Virus record (IMG/VR): IMGVR_UViG_3300021431_000075
Location: 480,001 to 544,000 of that record
DNA: 64,000 bases
DNA from: a virus
Lineage: Duplodnaviria > Caudoviricetes
Reading direction: 5' to 3' (one strand)
The notes beneath the pieces are model-generated. The model worked only from the letters and a program-made list of their open reading frames with translations. It was not told the DNA's origin and made no database searches. Position 1 is the first letter of the stretch, and each line of letters starts with the position of its first letter. Shown here in pieces: positions 9,968-19,386 of the stretch. The position numbers were made by a program, and so were the translations under genes.

Positions 9968-11773
9968 TCACATCATTGGCGTCTGTGGAATGCCGTTTCC
10001 GGATGTATAATGGTACATGGTCTGTTTCTGCTCGCCTTGTTGGTTTTGATAACTTGCGGCATTGTCGTCAATATGATGGAATAGTGTCTTTTGTGGTGTC
10101 ATTACTCCGCCGAACAAATCTTGCGGAGTTTGTGGTATTGCCGGCTGCGGAGCAGTTGGTTGCCTCTGGATGACTGGCTGTGAAGGAAATGGAGCCATGT
10201 CCGGATCTGAAACAGGAATCTGTATTCCGTGATTCGAATCAAGCTGTCCGTATATGTCCGGATTGTCATTGAGAGACAGACCGTTCGGCATCGGGTTCTG
10301 TCCGTCCATAATAGGATTGAACTCGTTTATGGTAGCAGGCTGTGGCTGTATCGCCGGCATCGGCGCTGGGTTGCTTTTGCCTGAACCGGATAAGATTGTA
10401 TTTGTTGCGTCGAAACTTCCCGGAAGCGGAACAGTATCTGGAATGATTCCTTCTGACGGGTCTTCCTTGATGCGCATATAGTCTCCCGTGAACAGGTACT
10501 TCTTCTTGTCGCCCATGTTCGGAGAGTTTCGGAGCGCGATTGCCTTCAGGTAGTATATGCCGCTTGCTTTCATGACAGGAGTGCAAATGATACCGTATAG
10601 GCTATCGACAGTCGCGATAAGACCTGATGATTCGGCAACGGATGTCATGTCAAGGTCAGACGCGCCCATTCCTGCTCGGTTTGTCTGTGTCAGAGAGATG
10701 ACGCACCAGTCGTTTCTCTGTGCCATTGCTCGGATGTCCTCGCAAATGGACTTGATTTTCATATAGGTGTCCGGCGAGTTTCCGTATCTTGCATCAGCCA
10801 TGATGTTCACATAGTCGATGAACACGTTTCTGATTTTGAACTCCTTTCCTTCGATTGAGCGAGACTTCTCGACATTCAGGATGAATGATTCGATGTCATA
10901 GACAGTTGCTGATGAAGTTGGGAATTCTTCTACAATGAGCGCGCCGGGACCGAACATCGAGTTGGAGAACACAGATGAAAGACGTTGTTTCATCATGTTC
11001 AAGTCATCTGCATACTGGTCATAATCCCTAATTGGAATGCTCATCAGATTGGAGCCGATTCGGTGGTTCACAATCTGTACGGACATCTCAAGACTGATAT
11101 ATACGCAGTTGTCTCCGTTCAGGACTGAATTCGCGCACAGGTTACAGAGCCACATCGACTTTCCGACTTTTGGCGGTCCCATCAGCACGTTCAGCGTCTT
11201 CTTTGCCCAGCCTCCGTTCAAGCAGGTGTCCATGAACTTGTATCCGGTTGTTCGTGTCTCGACTTTCGACAGCTTGTGTTCCATCGGGTCGAAGAAGTCA
11301 TGACCGACTTTGTCTCCGAGAGTGAAGTTCGCATCCGAAGAGAACATCGTCTTGACTTTCTGGATGTATGTGTGAGCGCTTTCTGGAGTTACGTCATACT
11401 GCGTCTGCATCAGATAGCTGGACATCCTGTTCACCGCAACGATGAAGTTGTTCCACTCTGCAAATCCCTTTGTCGTGGAACGAAGCCAATCTTCTGCATA
11501 GTTGGACAGGTTTTTCCTACACGACCATATCGAACGGATGATGTCTCTCGGAAGTTCGGCAGTCTTTTCATTCTGCTGAATCAGAGTGTACACCATGTCT
11601 TCAGTAGGCTCTTCCTTGTATTCTATGATATATGGTTGGACCAACTCGAACAATTTCTTCAGGATGTCCTGCGAGAAGTATGTTGGCTTGAATATGGAAG
11701 CCATGTCATAGTTCTTGATGACATAGAAGAATATCAGTTGTTCGGTATAGTTATCTGTTGTAGTTACGTCCAT
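9968..11773 (-). CDS. Replicative DnaB/T4 gp41-like helicase with a Pro/Gln-rich C-terminal tail
   Basis: TGY..MD..LNGG, Walker A GPPKVGKS, YISLEMS, EFPT, FIDYVNIM, TQTNR, AESSG. Confidence 0.92.
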   Translation of the reverse strand: MDVTTTDNYTEQLIFFYVIKNYDMASIFKPTYFSQDILKKLFELVQPYIIEYKEEPTEDMVYTLIQQNEKTAELPRDIIRSIWSCRKNLSNYAEDWLRSTTKGFAEWNNFIVAVNRMSSYLMQTQYDVTPESAHTYIQKVKTMFSSDANFTLGDKVGHDFFDPMEHKLSKVETRTTGYKFMDTCLNGGWAKKTLNVLMGPPKVGKSMWLCNLCANSVLNGDNCVYISLEMSVQIVNHRIGSNLMSIPIRDYDQYADDLNMMKQRLSSVFSNSMFGPGALIVEEFPTSSATVYDIESFILNVEKSRSIEGKEFKIRNVFIDYVNIMADARYGNSPDTYMKIKSICEDIRAMAQRNDWCVISLTQTNRAGMGASDLDMTSVAESSGLIATVDSLYGIICTPVMKASGIYYLKAIALRNSPNMGDKKKYLFTGDYMRIKEDPSEGIIPDTVPLPGSFDATNTILSGSGKSNPAPMPAIQPQPATINEFNPIMDGQNPMPNGLSLNDNPDIYGQLDSNHGIQIPVSDPDMAPFPSQPVIQRQPTAPQPAIPQTPQDLFGGVMTPQKTLFHHIDDNAASYQNQQGEQKQTMYHYTSGNGIPQTPMM

Positions 11774-11832
11774 TACTAATTTCGATCACAGTAGTTCTTT
11801 GAAACTTTGCGTGATTTTTGAAAATTCTAAGA

Positions 11833-11863
11833 AGTATACATCAAAAAACGGCATTGGTTTAAA
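11833..11863 (-). promoter_or_regulatory. Phage class-II promoter TTTAAAC-N18-TATACT
   Basis: Upstream of the helicase. Confidence 0.75.
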
Positions 11864-11955
11864 TAAATTAAGATTTTTCTTGATAAAGATTTGAAATGCT
11901 TTAAAAAGCGCCAAATGTCGTGTTTTAAGATAAATATATAAAATTTCGATGCATA

Positions 11956-12210
11956 ATGTTTGGCTTGAACGGCTTGTTAAAAGAAGGCATCTATGTAATA
12001 GAGGGATATGCTCGTTGGGTTTGCGATGTGTTCAGGGGTGATGCATCTCCGCGTTACAAGCAGCGTTACAAAATATGCAAGGAATGCAAATACAACAAGC
12101 ATGGAGTTTGCAAGTTGTGCGGATGCATCATCAAGGCTAAGACCAGAGTGTCATATGAACTTGATGAGAACGGCATATCATTAGATGGTTGTCCGATGAA
12201 AAAGTGGTAG
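11956..12210 (+). CDS. Small Cys-rich putative zinc-binding protein
   Basis: R..ICKEC...C.LCGC...K......CP..KW pattern; preceded by GATAAATA at 11929-11936. Confidence 0.75.
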   Translation: MFGLNGLLKEGIYVIEGYARWVCDVFRGDASPRYKQRYKICKECKYNKHGVCKLCGCIIKAKTRVSYELDENGISLDGCPMKKW

Positions 12211-12219
12211 ATGAGTCAA

Positions 12220-12257
12220 AGAAAATCGCTCTACGTGTTGTTTTAGAGCGATTTTCT
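12220..12257. terminator. Bidirectional terminator
   Basis: AGAAAATCGCTCTA...TAGAGCGATTTTCT. Confidence 0.75.
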
Positions 12258-12277
12258 ATTTTTGTTGAGCCGAGTGC

Positions 12278-13615
12278 TTAATTGGCTTTCTGTTTCGGCT
12301 TTTTCTCTATCTTGAATTTCTTGTCGATGTTCTTTGATATGTACTCGCCGTCGATGACAATCTTCTTCTTTTTGGATGAAGGAGCGTCATACATAATCTG
12401 CTTCATTATCTTTTCGACGATTGACCTGAGCGCGCGTGCGCCTGTGTCGCCCTTTGACGCCTCGTCCACGATGTAGTCAAGGACTTCATCCGTTATCGTC
12501 AGTTCCTTCTTGTCAAGAGTCAGCAGTTTTGTGTACTGCTTGATAATCGCGTTTTTAGGCTCTGTTAAGATACGCTTGAGAGATTCCTTGTCAAGCGGTT
12601 CCACATATGTTATGATAGGAAGGCGTCCCACGAGTTCAGGGATGAAACCGTAGTTTCGGATGTCGTTCTGCTCGACATACTTAATCGGATTGTCCTTGTC
12701 CGGTTTCTCTGAATCAGGCTCTGTGTTGAGGTCGAATCCGACGGTTTTCATGTTCATCCTTGACTTGATGATTTCCTCGATTCCGATGAACGCGCCACCG
12801 AATATGAACATGATGTTCTTCGTATTGACTTTTATCATCTTTGCTTCCGGATGCTTTCTGCCGCCCTGTGGCGGAACAAGAACATCTGTTCCTTCAAGCA
12901 TTTTAAGCAATGCTTGCTGCACTCCTTCTCCGTTCACGTCTCTCGTGATTGACGAGTTCTTTGACTTTTTCCCGAGTTTGTCGCCCTCGTCCAGATAAAC
13001 GATTCCGCATTCTGCTTTCGCCACGTTGTAGTCGCATACTTGAAGAAGTCTTGTAAGGATTGACTCGACATCTTCCCCGACATATCCGGCTTCTGTGAAC
13101 ACGGTCGCGTCGGCAATACAGAAAGGCACGTCAAGAAGTTTTGCAAGTGTCTGCACGAGAATTGTCTTTCCGCTTCCGGATGGACCGCAAATGAGAATAT
13201 TTGACTTGTCTATCTGAACATCGTCTTCTGATGCCGATTCCGGTTGATGGATTCTCTTATAGTGGTTATACACCGCTACTGCAAGAGACTTTTTTGCTTC
13301 TTCCTGTCCGATGACATATTGGTCGAGATATGCCACGATGTCATGTGGCTTTGGAATCTTGAATTCTTTGGAAACTTCCGAAATCGGTTGCTTGTTCGAT
13401 TCCTCATACTCGTCCATTTCTTCAAATTCATAGTTGTCTAATGAACCGTGAGTCGCCTGTATGTGTTCGCTCAGGTTTGCAAGAGTCTGGATGCACTCGT
13501 CGCATATCATGCTTGACGAGTTTACACCTTTGAACATGTACTTCACTTCTGTTCGTGACTTGCCGCAGAAACTGCAGACATCTATTGGAATGTTGTTGTC
13601 TTTCTGTTCGCTCAT
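12278..13615 (-). CDS. clpX: ATP-dependent Clp protease ATP-binding subunit ClpX
   Basis: CSFCGK..ICDEC zinc domain, [50 protein letters not shown] loop, GARALR. Confidence 0.96.
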   Translation of the reverse strand: MSEQKDNNIPIDVCSFCGKSRTEVKYMFKGVNSSSMICDECIQTLANLSEHIQATHGSLDNYEFEEMDEYEESNKQPISEVSKEFKIPKPHDIVAYLDQYVIGQEEAKKSLAVAVYNHYKRIHQPESASEDDVQIDKSNILICGPSGSGKTILVQTLAKLLDVPFCIADATVFTEAGYVGEDVESILTRLLQVCDYNVAKAECGIVYLDEGDKLGKKSKNSSITRDVNGEGVQQALLKMLEGTDVLVPPQGGRKHPEAKMIKVNTKNIMFIFGGAFIGIEEIIKSRMNMKTVGFDLNTEPDSEKPDKDNPIKYVEQNDIRNYGFIPELVGRLPIITYVEPLDKESLKRILTEPKNAIIKQYTKLLTLDKKELTITDEVLDYIVDEASKGDTGARALRSIVEKIMKQIMYDAPSSKKKKIVIDGEYISKNIDKKFKIEKKPKQKAN

Positions 13616-13698
13616 AGTTTATTTTGGAGAAATCTCTTGTTGTTTTATTTATTGATTAAATTTCTTTGGTTCATTGCAGAGAACTGAGAATCCATATA

Positions 13699-13729
13699 GT
13701 TTTACATTAAATTTTGTCGATAGTTTAAA
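13699..13729 (-). promoter_or_regulatory. Phage class-II promoter variant TTTAAAC-N18-TAAAAC
   Basis: Same spacing; upstream of clpX. Confidence 0.6.
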
Positions 13730-13839
13730 AAAGAATGTCATTTGATTGAAAAAGTTTTCAGAAATGCAGTTTTTCCAAAATAAATACATTATCTTTGCAG
13801 AAACAAATTAAATTAATGTGTAAGTTTTAACATATTGTT

Positions 13840-14211
13840 ATGAAGACGATAACTGGTTTCGATAATAATTTTGATTTCAGCAAGTTGATAAAGGTTGCCG
13901 ATTTAATATACTTTGATGGACCTCTATTGTCTCATTACATGAGTGATAATGGAGAAAACTATTTATTCCTTTGGGTTGATGCTGATGCCGACTATAATAG
14001 ATGGGTTGTAATTCGAACGGATATTTTGTCTATTCAACAATATCTTGACAGGAAAGTGAATCTGCGTTCTCTTGTGATGAATTCAAATGATGGTTTTGTT
14101 TTCTCTGTAGATATAGATGATGATATGAATTATTCTAACATAAAAGTTGTTCCTATCGATGAACTGCCTGAAAAATATTTTCCAACAGAAGATTCCTTCT
14201 ACAGTATGTAA
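13840..14211 (+). CDS. Hypothetical protein (possibly DUF6575-like)
   Basis: LIYFDGPLLS, YLFLWVD...YNRW, YFPTEDSF; preceded by TATCTTTG at 13790-13797. Confidence 0.7.
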   Translation: MKTITGFDNNFDFSKLIKVADLIYFDGPLLSHYMSDNGENYLFLWVDADADYNRWVVIRTDILSIQQYLDRKVNLRSLVMNSNDGFVFSVDIDDDMNYSNIKVVPIDELPEKYFPTEDSFYSM

Positions 14212-14290
14212 AAATGTTTATCTGAAATGCAATAATCTAAAAAGCAATAATTTGACTTAAATATTGTTTACATTAAGAATCATCAAACAA

Positions 14291-14322
14291 AAAACTTCAA
14301 GCAAATGACTGCTTGAAGTTTT
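14291..14322. terminator. Terminator between the 13840 ORF and the tRNA
   Basis: AAAACTTCAAGC...GCTTGAAGTTTT. Confidence 0.75.
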
Positions 14323-14330
14323 TTCTGATG

Positions 14331-14406
14331 TAGCGCAGACGAGACTCGAACTCGCATGACTCTACGTCCCGAACGTAGTCGGACACCAATTACCGGTTAC
14401 TGCGCT
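14331..14406 (-). tRNA. tRNA-Pro, anticodon CGG (no encoded CCA)
   Basis: Acceptor AGCGCAG/CTGCGCT+A; anticodon arm CTACG-TTCGGGA-CGTAG; T arm GCGAG-TTCGAGT-CTCGT; TGG in the D loop. Confidence 0.88.
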
Positions 14407-14418
14407 GTTTTGATGTTG

Positions 14419-14450
14419 CAAAGTTAAGAACTATTTTTGTTTCAAGCAAA
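14419..14450 (-). promoter_or_regulatory. Bacteroidota sigma-A promoter TTTG-N20-TAACTTTG driving the tRNA
   Basis: Canonical -33/-7 pair just upstream of the tRNA. Confidence 0.75.
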
Positions 14451-14465
14451 TTTTAGAGAACTTTT

Positions 14466-14744
14466 TTAATGTTTTTCTTTGCTTTTGAAATATTCCAAGT
14501 CTTGTTTTGCTATGTCGAGACCGTTTTGAGCATAACCGAGAATCTGTTTCTTGTCTTCTGGTTCATCAAGAACAAACTCGTCTATGTGTTCAATGATGAA
14601 AGATGCTTTCTCAATCGCTTTCTCGCAACTTTCCACATCGACAAGATTGTCTGAACTTATCATATTTCCCAAATAGAAGTATCTTAACTCTGAATTGAAG
14701 ATTTCAGATAGTCTTTTTATTTTTTCTGTAGTGCTTATTTCCAT
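14466..14744 (-). CDS. Hypothetical protein
   Basis: 92-aa ORF; TATCTTTG element at 14780-14787. Confidence 0.7.
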   Translation of the reverse strand: MEISTTEKIKRLSEIFNSELRYFYLGNMISSDNLVDVESCEKAIEKASFIIEHIDEFVLDEPEDKKQILGYAQNGLDIAKQDLEYFKSKEKH

Positions 14745-14954
14745 GATTTCAATTTTTTGATTAAATATAAATTTCAGTACAAAGATATGATGTTTTTTCG
14801 ATTAAGAGACACAAAATCGAGAATTTTTGTCGATTAACTCTGCAAATTTAAGGATTTTTTTCTAAATTGCAAAATTGCATATTTCAAAATTGCAATATAA
14901 ATGGCGACTATTATCAGAAACAGCCGCCATTGTGTTTATTTTGCTTTGTCTGAA

Positions 14955-15605
14955 TCAAGGCCACTCGCCGAGAGGCTTGCCGAAAAATGCGCCATATGCA
15001 GGATTCTCGTCGCTTATATTTCCATTAGCAGCATCAACATAAAGTTGTGCATGCGAGTTGCCGAAAATGTACTGTGCGTTTGCATCTTTCGTACCGATTT
15101 CCTTTCTCAAAACGCATTGTCTTGAATGCGGCTTCGGATAGTTGGTTTCAAAAACTTTCTCTATTGCTTCATCAAATGTTACCGCAATTTGCTCATCGTT
15201 CAAAACATAGTCCTCAATCCAGAAACCTTTTATTACTTCATATTCAGTATCCGCTCCGTTGTGTGTGCAGAAAACTACATGAACGTCTGCAGTAGTCGGA
15301 GAGCATTGTTCTACGACTTGGAACACGTTTCTAATAGTCTCAATCTCATTGCTTGCAGTGTCTCCGTCCATAAAGTACTTCAGAGTCACGCAGCTTTCAA
15401 ACCATCGGAAACCTTCTCCGTAAGTATTGAACATGTACTGTTTGTCAAGATTGATGGCACGCTCAAGATTGAGAGTCGCTTCTTCTGCCTGAACTTCTTC
15501 TTCGATAGGCTCTTCTGCTGGCTGGACCTTCTTCTTTCCGTCGCATGATACAAGGCAAATGGCAAATGCCAAAAGCATCATAAAGATTAATCTCGCTTTC
15601 TTCAT
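14955..15605 (-). CDS. Lipoprotein with a PepSY-like C-terminal region
   Basis: Signal peptide II MKKARLIFMMLLAFAICLVS|C; TFDEAIEK ... LYVDAANGNI. Confidence 0.75.
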   Translation of the reverse strand: MKKARLIFMMLLAFAICLVSCDGKKKVQPAEEPIEEEVQAEEATLNLERAINLDKQYMFNTYGEGFRWFESCVTLKYFMDGDTASNEIETIRNVFQVVEQCSPTTADVHVVFCTHNGADTEYEVIKGFWIEDYVLNDEQIAVTFDEAIEKVFETNYPKPHSRQCVLRKEIGTKDANAQYIFGNSHAQLYVDAANGNISDENPAYGAFFGKPLGEWP

Positions 15606-15651
15606 AATTTCGTTTTTCTAAAATTTCAATTTTTGTTATTATTTTTATTTG

Positions 15652-16869
15652 TTATTTGTCGCCCTTTGTCGTGAACAGGCTTAGTCTTGTCAGCGCGTTC
15701 ATGAACTTGCTGAACGGCATTATGATACAGTATAGTTTCTCTTTCGCATAGAGTTTTTCATCAGACTTCTTCTCATAGGAACCATACATGAACTCGTTCT
15801 TTGCTATGAAGTACATTGAAGACTGGAGCATTCTTACAAACCTGTCATTGTTGTCTCCGCTGATGATTACATAGTAGCCGTCGTTTGTCGTGTCCCACTT
15901 GCTCAAGTTTCCATTGCCGAGTTCCCAGTTCATTATCTTGTCGATGTCTCCCATGCTTCCTGTCATATCTCTTCCGTACTTTCCGATGATGCTGAACAGT
16001 TTGGGGACGATGCTTAATGAAATCGAGTTGATGTTCTCTATATCTTTTGTGAACTTCATCTTTCTCTTGCATACAGTGCAGTTTATCCTGTGTGCATAGA
16101 ATCTTTTCATCAGCATCGCGAACATATTCCTATATGACTCCAAGTCGTTGTTGTCCGGACCGTTCGTGTTCAAGAACATATACATGAGATTCTTGCTAAT
16201 ATATGTCAAATTCTTCAATTCTGTGAAAGAAATCGTGTGTCCTTCCCAATAAAGAGAGTACTCGAAGTCCTTGTTTTCATTATCGACATACATCTTGAAC
16301 AGCATCTCTCCGTTTGTCTGCTTTGTCTCGATGTGGTCAATAACAAACTCGATTTCGCCGGTAGCATAGTCGAAATTTACATTCTTCAACTTGATTTTGT
16401 ACTCGTTCTGGTTTCCGAACTTTCCGGACTTTTGGACAAAGTCGTCGATGCTGCTTATCTTGTTCTCGTCCGCCGGATCTATCGCAAACATACTTGACAG
16501 ACACTCGAATGACCAGTTCACGAAGCGGCTCTTTGACGAATAGTGAACCTCTTTCATTCTTCCGGTTCCGGCGACTTTCATTTCGAAGTATACCGTCTCG
16601 AAGTCTGAATCATCATCAACGACTTCATCATTGAATATCTCGTCATCCAGCGTATCAAAAAGGCTTTCAAACATTGGATAACCGAAGTCGGCATGCGGTC
16701 TCAGCAACCGTCTGCGGATTTTCTTTCTTTGCTCAAGTTCCCACTCTTTGTCGAAGTCGAAATCTTCCCCGCCATCAAACACGGATGTCAGAATATAGTC
16801 ATTGTTGTTGAATCTCAACTTCTTTGTGAATTCTCTCCCAGATATATGAAGTTTGCTATGATGTCTCAT
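15652..16869 (-). CDS. Hypothetical protein (ESLFD-motif family)
   Basis: Long ORF; ATG at 16869 preferred; TGATAAATA at 16904-16912. Confidence 0.7.
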   Translation of the reverse strand: MRHHSKLHISGREFTKKLRFNNNDYILTSVFDGGEDFDFDKEWELEQRKKIRRRLLRPHADFGYPMFESLFDTLDDEIFNDEVVDDDSDFETVYFEMKVAGTGRMKEVHYSSKSRFVNWSFECLSSMFAIDPADENKISSIDDFVQKSGKFGNQNEYKIKLKNVNFDYATGEIEFVIDHIETKQTNGEMLFKMYVDNENKDFEYSLYWEGHTISFTELKNLTYISKNLMYMFLNTNGPDNNDLESYRNMFAMLMKRFYAHRINCTVCKRKMKFTKDIENINSISLSIVPKLFSIIGKYGRDMTGSMGDIDKIMNWELGNGNLSKWDTTNDGYYVIISGDNNDRFVRMLQSSMYFIAKNEFMYGSYEKKSDEKLYAKEKLYCIIMPFSKFMNALTRLSLFTTKGDK

Positions 16870-16922
16870 TTTGGATAAAACTAAAATCAAAAATGACTTT
16901 TTTTATTTATCAAAATCATAGA

Positions 16923-17393
16923 CTAACTGAAAGAGTCGAGCCGTTTTTTCAAATCAAGATAGTGGTTCCACATGGCATAAAGCCTCGGTCCGGAAAACTC
17001 TTGGTGCAGGTCGTTGGCTGCTTTGTAGTATTCAAGTTCCGCTTCTATCGTGTCTGCCCGGAGAATCTGGTAGTCTGCTTCCTTGTACGCCATTGCAAGC
17101 TCATAGTCGATATGTTCAAGGTTTGCTCCGTATTCGTCATTGCCGATTGTCCTGAGAATCTCGTTCTTGATTTCCTCTCTTGAAGCAATCAACGCGTCCA
17201 AGCATTTGTCATCCGGCAATGACTCGGATTTTTCAACAGTCAGGGAACCGTCATTGTTCATAGTTACAGTGACTTGCCATTGCGGACCGCAATCTGCATG
17301 TTCCTGTTCAAATGACGGATCTTTTGCAGCCTGTTCAACATTGTGACTGTTGCTTGTTCCGAATAAAGTCTTGAATCTGTCTATGAAACTCAT
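16923..17393 (-). CDS. Hypothetical protein
   Basis: 156-aa ORF overlapping the upstream stop by 4 nt. Confidence 0.7.
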   Translation of the reverse strand: MSFIDRFKTLFGTSNSHNVEQAAKDPSFEQEHADCGPQWQVTVTMNNDGSLTVEKSESLPDDKCLDALIASREEIKNEILRTIGNDEYGANLEHIDYELAMAYKEADYQILRADTIEAELEYYKAANDLHQEFSGPRLYAMWNHYLDLKKRLDSFS

Positions 17394-18085
17394 TTGTTTG
17401 ACAAGAATATTTTAGAGAAGTTGTTGACATTTTCCATCAGTTCAGTTCCATATGCGTTCCACAAGTCTCTTGAATACTTCAGATTGAACTTCTCGATGTT
17501 TGCTATTATGTCTTTTAGCATTCTTGAAATGAACATGACAAGTTCTTCCCCGTATCCGATTTCGCTGTATAGACCGATGAGTCCGCTTATTAGAAAGTCA
17601 TCATAGAATATGTCAAGCGCCATGCATTCGGACAGGATGCTTTGGTGTATTGTCAGGTTGGAATCCTGATTGACGGAACTGTTGCATACTGCTGCATATA
17701 TGTTGCTCTTGCAAATGTCGATAATGTTCTTTGTTGAATCGTTTTCATCGAAGAAACTGAACATGCAAGACTCGAGACCGGATGATGCGTTCTCTGCATC
17801 TGTCACTTTCAGATACTTCCCGCCGCTGTTGTTATGCAAGCAGAAGATTCCGGAAACCATCAGAATGAATAAGTCGCTTTCTTTAAGAGAGAAACCGTAG
17901 TCTGTGTCCGGCTTTCTTGAGTTTTCGTATATGCATATGATATGATAGAGTATGCCAAGCGTCTTGTTGATGTTGTGGTACGGCAGAGATATGCTCGTAT
18001 TGTGCATCAAGTACCACTTGTATATCTCTATCAGGCTTTCGTTCGAGCAAATGACAGAATGGACCTTGTTTATGTCAAGTTTCAT
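17390..18085 (-). CDS. Degenerate HD-domain-like protein
   Basis: LPYHN..K.L and GIFCLHNNSGG sit where PYHN..H and ALFHD..HSG would be expected. Confidence 0.5.
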   Translation of the reverse strand: MKLDINKVHSVICSNESLIEIYKWYLMHNTSISLPYHNINKTLGILYHIICIYENSRKPDTDYGFSLKESDLFILMVSGIFCLHNNSGGKYLKVTDAENASSGLESCMFSFFDENDSTKNIIDICKSNIYAAVCNSSVNQDSNLTIHQSILSECMALDIFYDDFLISGLIGLYSEIGYGEELVMFISRMLKDIIANIEKFNLKYSRDLWNAYGTELMENVNNFSKIFLSNK

Positions 18086-18170
18086 TTATGTACATGCTTA
18101 ATTAAATGCAGCAGACCGGAATGGAACTTCTTGCGAGTCGGAAACCGGTCTGCTGCCAGCGTTGTGAGAA

Positions 18171-18566
18171 TTAACTGTTTAGAAATTTCGGATGCGGGAT
18201 CACATCTGTTTTGAATGCCGGTTCGACGACGATGTAAACTCGGACAGTATCAATCTCGGAACCGTTCTCGATGAAGTCGAACCTGATTGTCTTGTGCGGT
18301 CTCATCGCTCCGTCATTCCCGGTTATCCAGATAATCGAGCCGGGTTCCGGAAGCAAGTTGCAGTGAAATTCTTCTACCAGTATGTTGATTTCTGGAATTT
18401 CGTCCTCATTGTTCGAGACTGAATAAGAGATTATGGACACTGGAAGTTCTTGGTTCCTGATATTCTCAAGTTCTTGCTCGTTCTCTCTGATGATTTCATC
18501 AGAGAGTCGTTCCTCCAGTTCTTCGTTCGTCTCTTTTCTGAACAGGTTCTTGAATAACAAGCTCAT
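18171..18566 (-). CDS. Hypothetical protein
   Basis: 131-aa ORF within an operon-like run. Confidence 0.7.
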   Translation of the reverse strand: MSLLFKNLFRKETNEELEERLSDEIIRENEQELENIRNQELPVSIISYSVSNNEDEIPEINILVEEFHCNLLPEPGSIIWITGNDGAMRPHKTIRFDFIENGSEIDTVRVYIVVEPAFKTDVIPHPKFLNS

Positions 18567-18576
18567 ATCGTATCTC

Positions 18577-18948
18577 CTACTCTTCTACAAGAGACCAGAG
18601 CAAGTACTGCTGCTGCTTGTTCTCCACGATTTCCATGAACGGTCTAATCTTGCTGAATTCGACATTGTTCATGTATGAGATGAACGTGTTCATCTCGCCG
18701 ATTTCCATCTTGTCTTTCTTCGCCTCGATGAACCTAACCAAGTCAACAAGCTTCTTTCTGTCGCCCTCATTGTTCGTGATGATGGTTCCGTATGGTAGCG
18801 AACCGAGCGCGTTGTTGATAAGACTCAGAAACTTGTCTGTACACTTGAGATAGTGCTTGTACGTCTTAGTCTGTGGCTCTGGCATTGCAGAGTCGTCATC
18901 CATGATGATGTTTCCTTTGATTTCCTTCTTCTTTGAATTAGTAGCCAT
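18577..18948 (-). CDS. Hypothetical protein
   Basis: 123-aa ORF within an operon-like run. Confidence 0.7.
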   Translation of the reverse strand: MATNSKKKEIKGNIIMDDDSAMPEPQTKTYKHYLKCTDKFLSLINNALGSLPYGTIITNNEGDRKKLVDLVRFIEAKKDKMEIGEMNTFISYMNNVEFSKIRPFMEIVENKQQQYLLWSLVEE

Positions 18949-18986
18949 TTTTCTTTCCTATTGTTTCTTTTATAATGTTTCTTTTT

Positions 18987-19253
18987 TCAATTGAACTTCG
19001 GCATTGCAGGAATTGACGGCATGTTTAGGTTTCCGAACGTGTTGTCGAACTTCGGCATCATCGCTTGTTGCTTTGCCATCATGCTTTCCATGCTTGCCTG
19101 CTGCTGTGCGATCATATCGTTCTGGTCTGTCTGTTCTCCGTTCTGCTTCTCGACGAATTCATTGTGCGCTTCGACAATCATTATGATTTCAAACCACGGC
19201 ATTCTGTTGAAGTCTGTCCATGAGACGTGGATGTCTCTTGAAAGAACATACAT
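18987..19253 (-). CDS. Small baseplate/tail-chaperone extension ORF (possibly reached by +1 frameshift)
   Basis: SWTDFNRMPWFE...HNEFVEKQN resembles gpT-like chaperone tails; its frame stays open upstream to about 19490, overlapping the previous gene. Confidence 0.6.
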   Translation of the reverse strand: MYVLSRDIHVSWTDFNRMPWFEIIMIVEAHNEFVEKQNGEQTDQNDMIAQQQASMESMMAKQQAMMPKFDNTFGNLNMPSIPAMPKFN

Positions 19254-19386
19254 CAGGTCAGTCAGTTGCTTGTACGGAATCTTGAACAGATGAGACAGGT
19301 TGAACGTGTCAGAGCGGAAAAGTTCCGCAGCCGTATTTAGAAAAGTCCAGCTGCGGCTTTTCTTGATGAACTTCTCGTTCCAGTCA

